Assembly (NCBI GenBank): GCA_037447605.1
Contig: CM074809.1
Coordinates: forward strand, 3,028,689-3,092,688
Source: Zygnema circumcarinatum SAG 698-1b
Taxonomy: Eukaryota; Plantae; Zygnematophyceae
DNA: 64,000 nucleotides
Direction: 5' to 3'
The position numbers and the translations under genes were made by a program. The notes under the pieces were generated by a model, which was given only the letters and a program-made list of their open reading frames with translations, did no database searches and had not been told where the DNA came from. Position 1 is the first letter of the stretch. Every line of letters starts with the position of its first letter. Positions 35,319-48,508 of this stretch are shown here, piece by piece.

Positions 35319-38300
35319 ATGCCGGAGCCCACGGGAGATTTGGTGGCAGATGCGGCCCACAAGATTGAGGCCGATGCGTCGGCCCGAAGTATGGGGCTGC
35401 AGTCGCTCAGCTCGCTCACAGCAAAGCCCCCGTATCCGGGTACGCGGAAGGCCGGGAGGGAGGAGAGTGGGAGAGATATAGGAGGGGGGAGATAGAGAGG
35501 AGATGGTTCGGAGGAGGTTTATTTGCTACTCAGGGAAATGTAGGGTCCTCTTACGAGATGTCTGTAATAGGCCGTGAACAGGTCATAACCGGTTGCGTTT
35601 GGCGTTTGAAATAGAAAGAAGGCAGGTAGTTTAAAGAGGAAGGAGTGCAAGGAAGGAAACAGTCGCTTGTATTCCATCGAGAAAAAAAAAAACAATCGGT
35701 TTTGTTTTGTGGATGATTCAGAGGAAGGCCAAGCGGACGAGCAGATGCTCAAATGGGCGGCATTGGAGCGCCTCCCAACTTTTGACCGGCTAAAGACCGC
35801 GATCATGAGCAAGGTGTTGCAGGGGATGTCTTGGATGCATGCTGCTCGTATTGTTTAAGCCGACTAGACCACATATGAAACTTATTTCTAAGTCTCAGCT
35901 GTTCTTGGATCAGGAAAATAGCGCCCATGTTCGAAGTAAGTGTCCACAGCGTCCTCTGACTGACGATGTTGCTTACCTCCACTTGACCTGGTCATTCTAG
36001 CGTCTTATTGAGATGTAGGTTTTATGTTCCAACCGTTGAATGCATCCACGCCTTGAGCTACTGCTGTTTTTTGACTCACAGAATTTAATGTCACATTGTT
36101 TGCTGATGACCTCTCTCCCCCTCTCCCTTTCCCCCACCCCCCCCCTTTCTCTCTCTCTCCCCTCTTTCTCTCTCTCCCTCGGGGTTTTGGTCGTGCAGGT
36201 GCTGGACGACGGCAGCATTGTGCCTGAGGAGGTGGACGTGAGCAAACTGTCGACCGCGGAGCGGCAGAAGCTGGTGGAGCTGGCGCTGGAGACGCGCGAC
36301 CAGGACAACGAGGCGCTCCTCCGCAAGCTCAAGGCGCGCCTCGACAGGTGCGCCCTCCCTCCCTCCTCCCTCCCTCCTCCTCCTCCCTCCTCCTCCCTCC
36401 CTCCTCCTCCCTCCCTCCCTCCCTCCTCCTCCCTCCCTCCCTCCTCCTCCTCCCTCCCTCCTCCCTCCCTCCCTCCTCCCTCCCTCCCTCCCTCCTCCCT
36501 CCTCCTCCCTCCTCCTCCCTCCTCCCTCCCTCCCTCCCTCCTCCTCCTCCCTCCTCCCTCCTCCCTCCTCCCTCCCTCCCTCCCTCCCTCCCTCCCTCCT
36601 CCCTCCTCCTCCCTCCCTCCCTCCCTCCTCCTCCCTCCCTCCCTCCCTCCTCCTCCTCCCTCCCTCCCTCCTCCTCCCTCCTCCTCCCTCCCTCCCTCCC
36701 TCCCTCCTCCCTCCCTCCTCCTCCCTCCCTCCCTCCCTCCCTCCTCCCTCCCTCCATCCCTCCCTCCTCCCTCCCTCCCTCCTCCCTCCTCCCTCCCTCC
36801 CTCCCTCCCGTCCCTCCCGTCCCTCCCGTCCCTCCCGTCCCTCCCGTCCCTCCCTCCCCTGCATCCCCTCCGTCCCTCTGCCCCCTCCCCCGTCCTTTCG
36901 TCCTGCCTGCCTGCCGCGGCCTGGCCTGTGACACCGCGTCGCGTCACCTCTTGGGGCATGCAACAGGGTGGGCATCGAGTTTCCTTCCGTGGAAGTGCGC
37001 TTTGAAGACGTGTCCATAGAGGCGGGCGTGTATGTGGGAGACCGCGCGCTGCCGACGCTCATCAACTTCACTCGCAACACCATTGAGGTATGGAGGGAGG
37101 AGCTGTCGACCCTGCTGCGGCTGCTACAGACTTTGAAATGATGCAGTCCTGGTTACATGCGAAGCTTGTAAGGAAATGAAGTTAATAGGAAGAAAGCAAC
37201 ACTTGAACAAATCCCCTTAGTTATCAGTGGAGCAGAATGTCATTGCCACCCTCAAGCCTCCCTCCTCTGTCTGCTGTGCTGTGCAGGCCTTCTTGGTGAG
37301 TTCGAGGCTGCTTCCGGACAAGAAGCGGAAATTTCCAATTCTGCACAATGTCAGCGGCGTGCTAAAGCCCGGCCGGTACTTATCGACCCTGCTATGCCTG
37401 ATCCTCCGTTTCTTGGTTGCGAGAAGCAGCGGTTGATTCCGTACTGTATCAGATGCCAATTCCCTTTGGCCTTTCCAATATGCGGTGCAGGATGACCCTC
37501 CTTTTAGGGCCGCCCGGTGCTGGAAAGTCCACGCTGATGATGGCTTTGGCTGCGAAACTCGATTCGGATCTCAAGGTGAGGCTCAGCGTGACACTTCCGC
37601 AAACCATAAGTAACGTGTTGAGAGTGCGGTGGCGGTAAAGGGGCTTGAAACCTGCTCTGAGAATGAGCCGGATGTTACATTGCCGGATTGCAGTTTGAGG
37701 GCAACATCTCCTACAATGGACACGAGATGAACGAGTTTCTGCCTGTACGGACAGCGGCGTATGTGAGCCAGAACGATGTTCACATTGGAGAAATGACCGT
37801 GCGGGAGACGTTGGATTTCTCAGCGCGAGTGCAGGGAACGGGTTTCAAGGCTGGTACGGTTCGGAAATGAGCTTTTGCTGCCAGTTTCAAGTCAATAATA
37901 AAAATTTCTCACTTAAAATCACTTAGAATACGCTGCAAACGCCGCAATTCAGTAGCGGCACGAAGTCGTCGATATTCCGCCACAATGGTCATTTGACGGT
38001 TTTTGCGATGCATGTCCTTTAGTAAAGCTCGATGCTGTGCGTCCTAGCATAGAAGGAGGGCGGCTGAGGTGAAATTGCGCGCTTGCGTTGCTGCAGGCCT
38101 TGCACATGAGCTGGAAAAACGTGAGAAGAAAGAGGGAATCAAGCCGGACCCCACCATGGATGCATTTCTCAAGGTGAAAGCTTCTCCTTCCTGAAGGTCT
38201 GCCTCGGCGTGAGCCCTCCGGGGCAGTCCAAACCACAGCACCTTCAGTGCGGCGCACTCCTCTCAGAGCTGAAATTTCATCAGGATGTGGAGGGGAAGAG

Positions 38301-41300
38301 ACTTGCATCTGACGCGGCTGCGTAATCCAATGCAGCCAAAAGTATGATTCAAAGAAAATCGACAGAGTATGACGCGTTACTCTTTCCTCTTGCGTACAGG
38401 CTCTCTCTGTGAACGGACTTCCGGAGAACGTTGTCACTGATTACGTTCTTAAGGTGAGCGTGGGAGAGGCACTCCGACGTGCCATAGGGCTCCGCATTCG
38501 ATCTCCTTGCTCCTTTTTTCTCTCTCATCGATCGGTTTTCTTCTGTATTTAAAGTTTGTCTTTTATGGTTTTGGTATGTTGGTTTTGGTCGAGGGCAGAT
38601 TCTCGGCCTGGAGGTTTGCGCTGAGACATTGGTCGGAAACGAGATGGTTCGCGGAATTTCAGGCGGACAGAAGAAACGCGTCACCACAGGTGAGAGCCCG
38701 GGGCCCATTTGGATTTCCTTTGGGTTGACCTGCTGCTTTTTTTACTTTTATTCACAGGGATGGTAAGAACACTTGGGATACAAGTCGCTTCAAATCATTC
38801 TCAACATTCGGCTCTGCCTCGGAGCATGCAGGTGAAATGATTGTCGGCCCCAAGCAGGTGCTTTTCGCTGATGAAATATCGACAGGCCTCGACTCGTCCA
38901 CAACCTTCCAGATCACTCAGTGCTTGCGCAATTTCACTCATTTCCAGGTAACGTGCCCAGTTCTTGTTCCCTGCTGAGAAACCAACTTCATTTTTCTAAG
39001 CGAAGGCCCTCATTACCGAGCCCCCCCGCACCCCCCTCCTTCCCCCTTCTTCTGCAGAATGCGACCACTCTGATCGCACTCCTCCAGCCCGCTCCGGAGA
39101 CGTACGACCTCTTTGACGACATTCTGCTTCTGGCGGAGGGTCACATTCTGTTCCACGGCCCGCGGGAGGAGATTGTGCCCTTCTTCGAGGCGCAGGGCTT
39201 CATCTGCCCGGAGCGAAAGGGAGTGGCGGACTTTTTGCAGGAGGTGAGATGCGCAGCCGCGCTTGTGTTCAGCCGTCTATGAGAGCGGGAAATTTACTGG
39301 GGCTGTTGCTAAATGGAGTATATTTGGAGAAACCGCTTTTGAAGCAATGAGGCTGAGGCATGTTCGTTCATACATAGTGTGGCTGCACACTGTGAACAGG
39401 TGACATCTCGGAAGGACCAGCAGCAGTACTGGGGCAAGGAGGAGCAGTACGAGTATGTCCCTGTCCAGGCTTTCGCAGATACCTTTGAAGCATCTGTTCG
39501 TGGAAAGGAAATTAAGCAGACTCTCTCGGTACGCTTGTCACACATACATCCTTATGCCTAAACTCTCTATAGCAGCTACTGTTTCAGTTACGCTTTTTTC
39601 GAAGAGTTGGAAAGCATTTGATGGATGAGTCGGGCTTGCTTTCCTGCAGACTCCCTATCCGAAGGAGAAGAGCCATCCTGCAGCTCTTGTGAAGGAAACG
39701 TTCGGCCTCTCTCAGGTGCAGCTGTTCAAGGCTCTCTTTGAGCGCGAGGCGCTGTTAATGAAGCGCAACGCCTACTTCTACATTGCGCAGACAATCCAGA
39801 CGATCATCTTGGCCTTTGTCACTATGACCGTTTTCTTTAGGACGGAGAACACCGCTGCGGACATCCCTACAGGGAACAGGCATCTCGGGGCCCTCTTCTT
39901 TGGCCTCATTGTGATGCTCTTCAATGGCTTCGCAGAGCTTTCCCTCCTTGTCATGCGCCTGCCCGTCTTCTACAAGCAAAGAGAGAACTCCTTCTTCCCA
40001 GCATGGGCGTACTCTCTCCCAATGTGGATTCTCTCCATTCCATTCTCTGCCTGGACGTCTTTCGTGTGGGTGGTTATGACGTACTATGTGATCGGGTACA
40101 CGCCTGAGGCTGGGCGGTTCTTTCGCCACCTTCTGGTGATGTTTCTCCTTCATCAGATGGCGATTGGGGGGTTCCGCTTGATTGGAGCCTTGAGTCGAAG
40201 TATGGTGGTTTCCAACACCTTTGGCACATTCATTTTGATCGTCATCTTCTGCCTCGGAGGCTTCATTATTGCAAAAGGTAGGCCGATCTGCATGAAAAAT
40301 TGCATGCATTGAAACTGGAAAATATCAGTACAGGGAGTGATTAATTTGTGGGTCTTCTGAGGTTTGGTGCTATAAGATAGAGATATTTGTGAAGGGGGCC
40401 AGAGGTGTGTTTAAGAATTGCCTTTTGGCAGTCTCCTGAATGGAAGGCTTCTAGCATCTGTTTGTTGATCCGAATTTCACTTTGTAAGCAGGTGACATCA
40501 AGGTCTACTGGATATGGGGCTTCTGGACCTCCCCACTAGCATATGCACAGAACGCGATCTGCAACAACGAGTTCAAGGGCAGCAGGTGGCAGGGGGTGAG
40601 CTCTACGTTTGCTTACTGGCATGTGGGTGGACATACAGGACAGGAGCCCACTGAATCCTTAATCTTTCTGTATGGACAAGTGTACGCGGAAGCTATATTT
40701 TATGTAGAGTTGCTCCCATGAGTACATGTCCAGCAGCTCACAGTCTTAGAGATGGCTTTGGTTGCAGACGCTGGTTGCTGAGAGTATCCGAAACTATGAA
40801 GGGCAGACTGTGGGAGATTTCATACTGCAGTCGCGAGACCTGTTTGATGAGCCAGGGTGGTACTGGATTGGGGTGGCCGCCACGTTTGGATATCTCGTCC
40901 TTTGGAATCTCATCCTTCCTCTCGCCCTCAAGTATTTAAATCGTGAGTGCCTCGAGCTTGCTTTCACTTGATTTGCTCTTTTTCGATACGCTCGTTGAAC
41001 CCAACAGTTCCCTGTTGACAGGCAGTTTAACCGGATAAGCTGGCATCTCCCTCCAATCCTGGCAATTAAATTTGCCTCGTTAGATTCCATCCTTTTGAAA
41101 CCTCCAGCTTACATCCCCTCTCAATGTCTATGTTGGACGTTCAGCTCTTGGCAAGCCTCAGCCAGTGGTGTCCGAAGATTACATCGTGGCAAAGCATGCG
41201 GCACTAACCGGAGAGATGGAGGACGACTCTAAGAGTTCCATGCGGTCCAAACGGAAAATGCAACGAGCAACAACGCTCAAAACGTTTCGCTCCGGTGAGT

Positions 41301-44300
41301 CGGATTTATTCTTTAGCGAAGCTTAGTCGATGCAGGTTTGCTGGAACTAGTTTTCGTGCCTCTTTTCTGAAAGCGAGTTTTGGTCTGGAAGGAACGTAAT
41401 ACCAACATACGGGAAGTTTATTGTCGTCTTTTTCTGCAGCTTCCAGCAGCTCTCGCCGGGTGTCCGACTTGGGCGCGCACTCTGGACGAGGACTGTATGG
41501 TCAGAGGTCAATTCAACGAGCTCCGATTAATGAAGCCGAAGTAGCGGAAAGCGGAGGAGACATGCACAAGGGTATGATGGTCCTTCCATTCGAGCCTCTC
41601 TCTCTCTCCTTCCACAATGTCAATTACTACGTCGACATGCCGGCAGAGATGAAAGCGGAGGGAGCCCCTGAGGACCGGCTTCAGCTTCTTCGGAACGTTT
41701 CCGGAGCCTTCCGGCCGAGTGTGCTCACAGCGCTGGTCGGTGTGTCGGGAGCGGGCAAAACGACTCTTATGGATGTGCTGGCGGGCCGGAAGACGGGGGG
41801 GTACATTGAAGGCGACATTCGCGTCTCGGGGTACCCAAAAGTGCAGGACACCTTCGCCCGAATCTCTGGCTACTGCGAACAAAACGACATTCACACGCCC
41901 CAAGTCACTGTTCATGAATCGCTGCTCTATTCTTCGTGGCTTCGCCTTCCGGCGACGGTGGACAAAGAGACGAGAGAGGTGAGCCTACGAGATTCTACGA
42001 ATTTGTGCATGGACTGGAGGCAGAATGGAGCCCGTAAGCGAACCTTAGTCCGCTTTGCGGAAGTGAAGCGAGTAATTATTTGTAATCAACGTGAATCTCA
42101 AACTCCTTAAATGGTCACTTGGCTGGATACCTAGAGCCTTCTTGTTGGAAGATTGGTGTGTTCATTTTTCACAAGTTCTCCATTTTGTAAGGGATCTCCA
42201 CACTTGCTTTAGTGCCAAATAGGTCACATCAAAGGCTTGCGCCTTGAAGCTGGTTTATGGGGTTGCGTCATTTTCAGGCCTTTGTCGAAGAGGTGATGGA
42301 CCTTGTGGAGCTGGATACCCTTCGCGATGCTCTTGTGGGACTTCCCGGCGTCACCGGGCTGTCAACCGAGCAGAGGAAGCGGCTCACTATAGCTGTTGAG
42401 CTTGTCGCCAACCCTTCCATCATCTTCATGGATGAGCCGACTTCTGGTACGAACCTGCTTCAAATGCTACTCATCATTCATTGCTTGCTTTCTCTCCCAC
42501 GTTTCATTACATTTCATGAATGTCTGTGCCCATCCTGTTGTGCTCCTATTGTAGGCCTCGATGCTCGCGCGGCTGCCATTGTGATGCGAACCGTACGGAA
42601 CACTGTGGACACGGGCCGTACGGTGGTGTGCACCATCCACCAGCCCTCCATTGACATCTTTGAAGCCTTCGACGAGCTGCTCCTCATGAAGCGAGGAGGG
42701 CAGGTCATCTACATGGGACCTCTCGGAACCAACTCGCAAATCATGGTTGACTACTTTGAGGCGATCGAAGGGGTGCCCAAGATCAAGGAAGGCTACAATC
42801 CTGCCACGTGGATGCTTGAGATTTCGCATCCTGCCGCAGCCGAGAAACTCGGAGTTGACTTTGCAGAGCTCTTCACCAAATCAGAACGCTTCAGGTGAGA
42901 TTGCTATTTGAATCATGAACCGGAATGCAGTGTCAAAAATTCTGGGGGTGTTTTCCCTTGCATGGAAAGTAGGCCTGTGACTAATGGAACTGGTTACGGG
43001 GTGATTTCATGGGGCAGGCTGAATGAGGAGCTGATAGAGTCTTTGAAGGTGCCTCCTGAAGGACATGAGGACCTCCATTTCGAGTCCAAGTTCTCGACCT
43101 CTGCAACTACGCAGTTCATTGCCTGCTTGTGGAAGCGCAACCGCATGTATCTTCGTGCGCCTGACTACAATGTCGTGCGATTCTTTTTCTGCCTCACTAT
43201 CGCCCTTCTTATTGGCTCCCTGTTTTTCGGTCTTGGAACAAAGACGTCGAACCAGCAGAATGTATTCAACGTGATGGGTGCCCTCTACACGTCTGCACTC
43301 TTCCTCGGCTGGTCCAACGCTTCATCTGTGCAGCCCATTCTCGCTGTTGAACGGACTATTTTTTACCGTGAGCGAGCCGCCGGAATTTATTCGGCTCTCC
43401 CTTACGCTATGGCTCAGGGCATCATTGAAATCCCCTATGTATTCGTACAGTGCATCCTTTACTCGCTGGTCACGTACGCACTGATTCAGTTCGAATGGAC
43501 GGCGCCCAAGTTTTTTTGGTACACGTTCTTCATGTTCCTCACTCTGCTCTTCTTCACCTATTACGGTATGATGGCGATTTCGATCACGCCTAATGAGCAG
43601 CTGGCTATGGTGGTCTCGGCATTCTTCCACTCGCTTTGGAATCTTTTCTCCGGCTTCATCATCACGCGCAAGGTGAGTGGACGAGCTTTCCCTTGTCGAC
43701 GAACTTTTCCAATCTCGTGTCAGCTTAGGATTAATCCGTGATGGATTTCCTTTTCCATCGGTTACACTGGGGTTGCCCTACCCAATTCCTCGCGTCTTTC
43801 TTCCCTTCCCTGGTTTGATTCAGAAAGCAGAAGCCGTACCGGTGATGTAATCGATGTCTATATGCAGGCGGCTGGTTGTAACACTGGAACATTGCTCGTC
43901 CTGGTTTCTTTTTGGTGCGCAGGCCATCCCTCCATGGTGGAGATGGTATTATTTCATCAACCCTGTAGCGTGGACCCTCTATGGTCTGATCGCTTCGCAG
44001 GTGAGCACTGATGACGTGGCATGCATCGGCTTGGGACGACCCATGCCTCTCTCTCTGCATGTTGAACCTATATGTTGATAGCTCTTATATTTGTCTATTG
44101 CTAAAGGAATCAACTGTGCGTTGTGATGGGTTTGACCTTATGGTGCAGCTTGGTGACTACACGAATTTGATCAATCAGCCGGGGTCGACCCGACAGCAAA
44201 CAGTGAAGGCTTTTCTGAAAGATTACTTCAGCTACGAGGATAGCTTCTTGGGTGAAGTCGTCGCTATCCTCATCGCCTTCACCATCGTGTTCTTCTTCAT

Positions 44301-44343
44301 ATTTGCATACGCTATTCAAAAGCTGAACTTCCAGCAGCGTTAG
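35319..44343 (+). CDS. Full-size ABCG (PDR-type) transporter, copy 1, about 22 exons
   Basis: [14 protein letters not shown]; [15 protein letters not shown] (Walker A1); [15 protein letters not shown]; [18 protein letters not shown]; [15 protein letters not shown]; [21 protein letters not shown] (Walker A2); [42 protein letters not shown]; C-terminal LNFQQR*. The exon junctions I checked were in frame. Confidence 0.95.
36349..36880. repeat. About 530-bp (CCT/CCCT)n polypyrimidine tract filling ABCG intron 3
   Basis: It starts immediately after the CAG|GTGCGC donor and is the source of the poly-P/S/L and poly-E/G/R ORFs in the track. Confidence 0.95.
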
Positions 44344-45384
44344 CATAGGGTGTGTTAGTTGCAGCAAGCAAACACTAATGAATAAGGGATTGTGAGGCAC
44401 GTCCCAAGGGTAGTTATGTGTACCCAATTTATTTAGTTTCAAAATTCATATTAATGTTTCATAAATGTGTACATGAGGGGGGTAGAACTGAACTGAGACG
44501 TAGCAGATGTAGGAGCTGGCGGGAGAGGGGGGGGTGGGATGATGGGTGCCAGTCGATTACTGCCGAAGATGATTTTTGGTGGGAGCAATCTCTGGCCTCG
44601 ACGGCTATATACAAATCGTATGCGCTTTTTTTTTTACTTGCAATGGATTTCATCTGGTCTGGGCTTTTTTGCATCTCCCTACGTTTGCAGTCCTCCAAAC
44701 CATGCATGTTTTCATTTGCAGAGAGCTTGGCGTAGACTTCATTGCCTGGTTTCAGCTCGAATGGTTGTTTGTGGTGGTGTGAGACCAACTCTTCCGCTCC
44801 CGGCTCCTCTAGGCGAATCACTTTCCTTAGGAACTCTGGTCCCCACTGAGGAAGACATCTGCTCTCTTCAAATCAAAGGAACTCACTCATAGGCAATTTT
44901 ACCCACAAATCAAATGCCAGATTTAATTCTGCGGGTCAACACTAGAGAGAAGCGTGTAGGATAAAGCTCACAGCCCTAAAAATCCTTTAATAAATGAACA
45001 CCCACATGAAAGTTGCTTCCCAACACTAAGAGGTAAGCTCGGTCACTCACTATCTCACACCACGAGTGACGGTAGCCTCGAACACAAGCAAGCACAGAAT
45101 AAGAGGTAGGTTGTAATCACTACCAAACAACCCTCGCTAAGTATTCGAACATGGCTATGTGACGTGACTCCTTCCTGTTTACCGGACGTCCCACACAGCC
45201 GTCCCTTGCAGGCGCATGCAGTCAACAGCCAGCAGGCCGTTCAATGGCCAGCTACGCGGCCTCACGTAAACCTACGACGGCACCGACCTATATAAGGCTT
45301 GCCGTACGGCTCCGCCGCCCGACCGTACGCGCTGCCGCCCGCTCGTGCATGTCCGCCGCCCGTGCAAGTTTTGCAGAGTTCGGA

Positions 45385-46080
45385 CCAGTGGATCGGCAAC
45401 CATTGGACAACCATTGGATGGCAATGGTTGGACGTCTACTGGTTGGCAATCAGTCGACTGGTTGCCAACCAGTGGATGCCACTGGTTGGCAACCAGTCGA
45501 ATGGTTATATCCATTACATCAAATGGTTGGCAACCATTAAATCACTAGTTGTAGCGAACTGAACGCTACAGCTACCAAAATGCCGTCGGCGTTTCGGAGA
45601 AAACTATTACGGTTAAGCCGTACAGAATCCCCGTACTACCGTACGACTCGGCTGTACGAATCCGTACGCATCTGTACGCATCAGGCGTGTTACACTAGTT
45701 GTCAACGGTTGGCAACCAACCAAAAAACACAAACGACCCATTTTTGCAAAAAGGCATAATTTCAGAAATTCAATGGTTGCCAACCATTGGATCACTGGTT
45801 CCGAACCAGTCGAATGGTTGTTTCAGTCCTGCGCCACTGGTTCGCAACCAGTCGACTGGTTTCCAACCAGTGGATGCCACTGGTTGGCAACCAGTCGAAT
45901 GGTTGTTTCGATCCGGCGGCACTGGTTGGCAACCATTCGACTGGTTGCCAACCAGTGGCATCCACTGGTTCCAAACCAGTCGAATGGTTGCCAACCAGTG
46001 GCATCCACTGGTTCCAAACCAGTCGAATGGTTGTTTCGGTCCGCAACCACTGGTTGCCAACCAGTCGACTGGTTTGTCTA
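45385..46080. repeat. Array of short palindromes (CCAGTCGACTGG, CCAGTGG-nnn-CCACTGG, CCAACCATTGG) in about 40-85-bp recurring units
   Basis: AACCAGTCGACTGGTT perfect palindromes at 45846-45861 and 46059-46074; an approximately 43-bp near-tandem at about 45950-46035. Confidence 0.8.
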
Positions 46081-47202
46081 ATGGTCCGATCTGTGAAGTT
46101 TTGACTCGGTCCCCTTCTCAGATGGAGAGAAGGCGCGGCTCTTCTCAGCGCGCTAGGCCCACACTGTCAACGTTTGTACGGCCGCCATGCATGGTAGAAG
46201 TACTAGGAACACACCCCACATCACACAAACTTAGTACCACCATAGTGAGTGTTATACTAATTAATTGACTAACAAACATACAGTAACGGTTTGCTCTGTG
46301 GAGGGGGCTCATTTCTTCTGATAGGACATAATACTACTTCCAGTTTATTTTTCGATGGAGAATGTTGATGGGGATATATACTGGAACGGATTGGATATGG
46401 GGTGGAGATTCAATATGAGCTTTTTTTTCTCAATTGTTGTTCTCAACACATTGTTCTGCGTCCTAAGAAGTTTCTTGGATGACATTTGTAAATGTATGGT
46501 TCACATCAAGGTGTTAGTACTTAGTTCCTCGCATGAATGTTGTCCGGGACATGAATGTGTTGGAGGAAAAGGTACAATGTGGTATAGGGACAATGTCCAT
46601 GCATGGATGTTATGTTTGGTGTAGGACCGAACATGGGGTTGTCCGCATTCTTAGGGCACGGTACGGGCAGGTCTCGGGATTGTCTAGGGTCGTAGGTTTG
46701 CGGCCTAGTCTAAGACCTTACCAAAGGGGTTGCGCGGAATGCGCCTGGACAAATGGAGCGCGGCCGTTCGGACGGCGCGTGATTGTTACAACGCCGAAGT
46801 GTACGGACGAGGGGATTTGGCCGCGAGAGGCGAATTTGCGCGAACCGACATGATTGGTCATGACGCGCACAAATCGCGATGCAATCTCTGTACGTGACGT
46901 GACGGATGGTCCAGCAATGTCGGTGGAGAGAATTCGAGATGTCGGAGCGCGCGAGACACTCCAATGGTAGTGCGCGAAGCAGCGGCGCGAACTGTCAGTG
47001 GTGCCGCTTCAGAATGTCGACGACGGTTCAGGGTGCACCACGTGGAGCAGGATGTAGTGGGTGCAACGCGTCTGCGCGGACGGCAGGATGGCCGCCCCCG
47101 ACGGCCGCCACTCCCACGTAGGGATGGCCCGCGTTGTAAATTCCGAATATATTATGTACTTTACAACGGGTTTAAAAGTAGTAATATATTATAAAGTAAA
47201 AG

Positions 47203-47418
47203 TGCAAACTTTCATTGAACTCGCGATGGCGAGGCCATCAAATGTACATGGACAAAGGCAAAATGTGGAACCACGAAGGACTGGTCACAAAGGACCGAAA
47301 CACAATAAAACGAAGCTAGGAGCGGAAAACTACGCCTAGGCACAACAACGCAGCCCTAGAAGCAGCCGCGAAGGTCACCGATGTGAGGCACGTCGCGAGG
47401 GAGCGGCGGAAGTCCACC
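47203..47418 (-). mobile_element. 216-bp 5'-truncated non-LTR retrotransposon insertion
   Basis: Flanked by the 10-bp direct repeat AAAGTAAAAG (47193-47202, 47419-47428). The uninterrupted target is seen in reverse at about 33300-33325. The sequence is a subset of 48115-48508. Confidence 0.75.
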
Positions 47419-48340
47419 AAAGTAAAAGACTTTATTATATATATTACACCCACTCGTTTTGAACAATTAACGACCGTACGGTCGTACGGTCGTACCATAC
47501 CAAAATTAGGTCGTTTAGGCGTTGGCGTTGCGAAATGCGTCCGTCTGGTTTTCTGTCTGCTCGTGCTCGGGCCGCATAATACCGTACAGTGGTACGACCG
47601 TACGACCGTACATTTTGTAAAGGCGTTGTAAAGTAATATATAACAGCCGTTATCAAAAGGTGTGGAAACTTTCATTGAACTCGCGATGGCGAGGCCATCA
47701 AATGTACATGGACAAAGGCAAAATGTGGAACCACGAAGGACTGGTCACAAAGGACCAAAACACAATAACACGAAGCTAGGAGCGGAAAACTACGCCTAGG
47801 CACAACAACGCAGCCCTAGAAGCAGCCGCGAAGGTCACCGATGTGAGGCACGTCGCGAGGGAGCGGCGGAAGTCCACCAAAGTAAAAGACTTTATTATAT
47901 ATATTACACCCACTCGTTTTGAACAATTAACGACCGTACGGTCGTACGGTCGTACCATACCAAAATTAGGTCGTTTAGGCGTTGGCGTTGCGAAATGCGT
48001 CCGTCTGGTTTTCTGTCTGCTCGTGCTCGGGCCGCATAATACCGTACAGTGGTACGACCGTACGACCGTACATTTTGTAAAGGCGTTGTAAAGTAATATA
48101 TAACAGCCGTTATCAAAAGGTGTGGAAACTTTCATTGAACTCGCGATGGCGAGGCCATCAAATGTACATGGACAAAGGCAAAATGTGGAACCACGAAGGA
48201 CTGGTCACAAAGGACCAAAACACAATAACACGAAGCTAGGAGCGGAAAACTACGCCTAGGCACAACAACGCAGCCCTAGAAGCAGCCGCGAAGGTCACCG
48301 ATATGAGGCATGTCGCGAGGAGGGAGCGGCGGAAGTCCAC
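47206..48340. repeat. 460-bp tandem repeat, about 2.5 copies
   Basis: aaactttcattgaactc recurs at 47206, 47666 and 48126. Identical ORFs appear in the track 460 bp apart. Confidence 0.95.
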
Positions 48341-48508
48341 CAACACGATCACCAACAACTGCAGCACGCCGAAGAAGCGTAGAAGCGAGGCAACGCTGAA
48401 GGGCGACGGAAATACGCTGTCGATAAAAGGTAGCCAAGATCGCCGGAGGAGGGCTTCCGGGGCCGTGCATCTCGAAGGAGCGATGGGCGCACTGGCGAAG
48501 GAACTGGT
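48115..48508 (-). mobile_element. 394-bp 3' end of a non-LTR retrotransposon, probably restriction-like-endonuclease (CRE/NeSL-type)
   Basis: Flanked by the 9-bp direct repeat GCCGTTATC (48106-48114, 48509-48517). The frame is open from the 5' truncation point: QFLRQCAHRSFEMHGPGSPPPAILATFYRQRISVALQRCLASTLLRR...*. The RQRISVALQR motif resembles the C-terminus of RLE-type LINE ORFs. A 3' UTR follows. Confidence 0.65.

Noticed and set aside
35534-35581. Extra ABCG exon between exons 1 and 2
   Set aside because: Exon 1 (phase 1) joins the 35722 exon directly in frame. The candidate has an indel between the two copies and the wrong phase.
35997-37083. 200-330-aa Pro/Ser- or Glu/Gly/Arg-rich ORFs
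   Set aside because: These are read-through of the polypyrimidine ABCG intron 3; the flanking exons splice in frame without it.
45385-46080. CRISPR-like array of palindromic repeats
   Set aside because: The units are not constant-length repeats with unique spacers, the 'spacers' are made of the same words, there are no cas genes, and the context is eukaryotic.
47206-48340. Duplicated ORFs (119 aa, 82 aa, 70 aa) as real genes
   Set aside because: They arise from the 460-bp tandem of TE subterminal DNA and a LINE 3' UTR and have no coding features.
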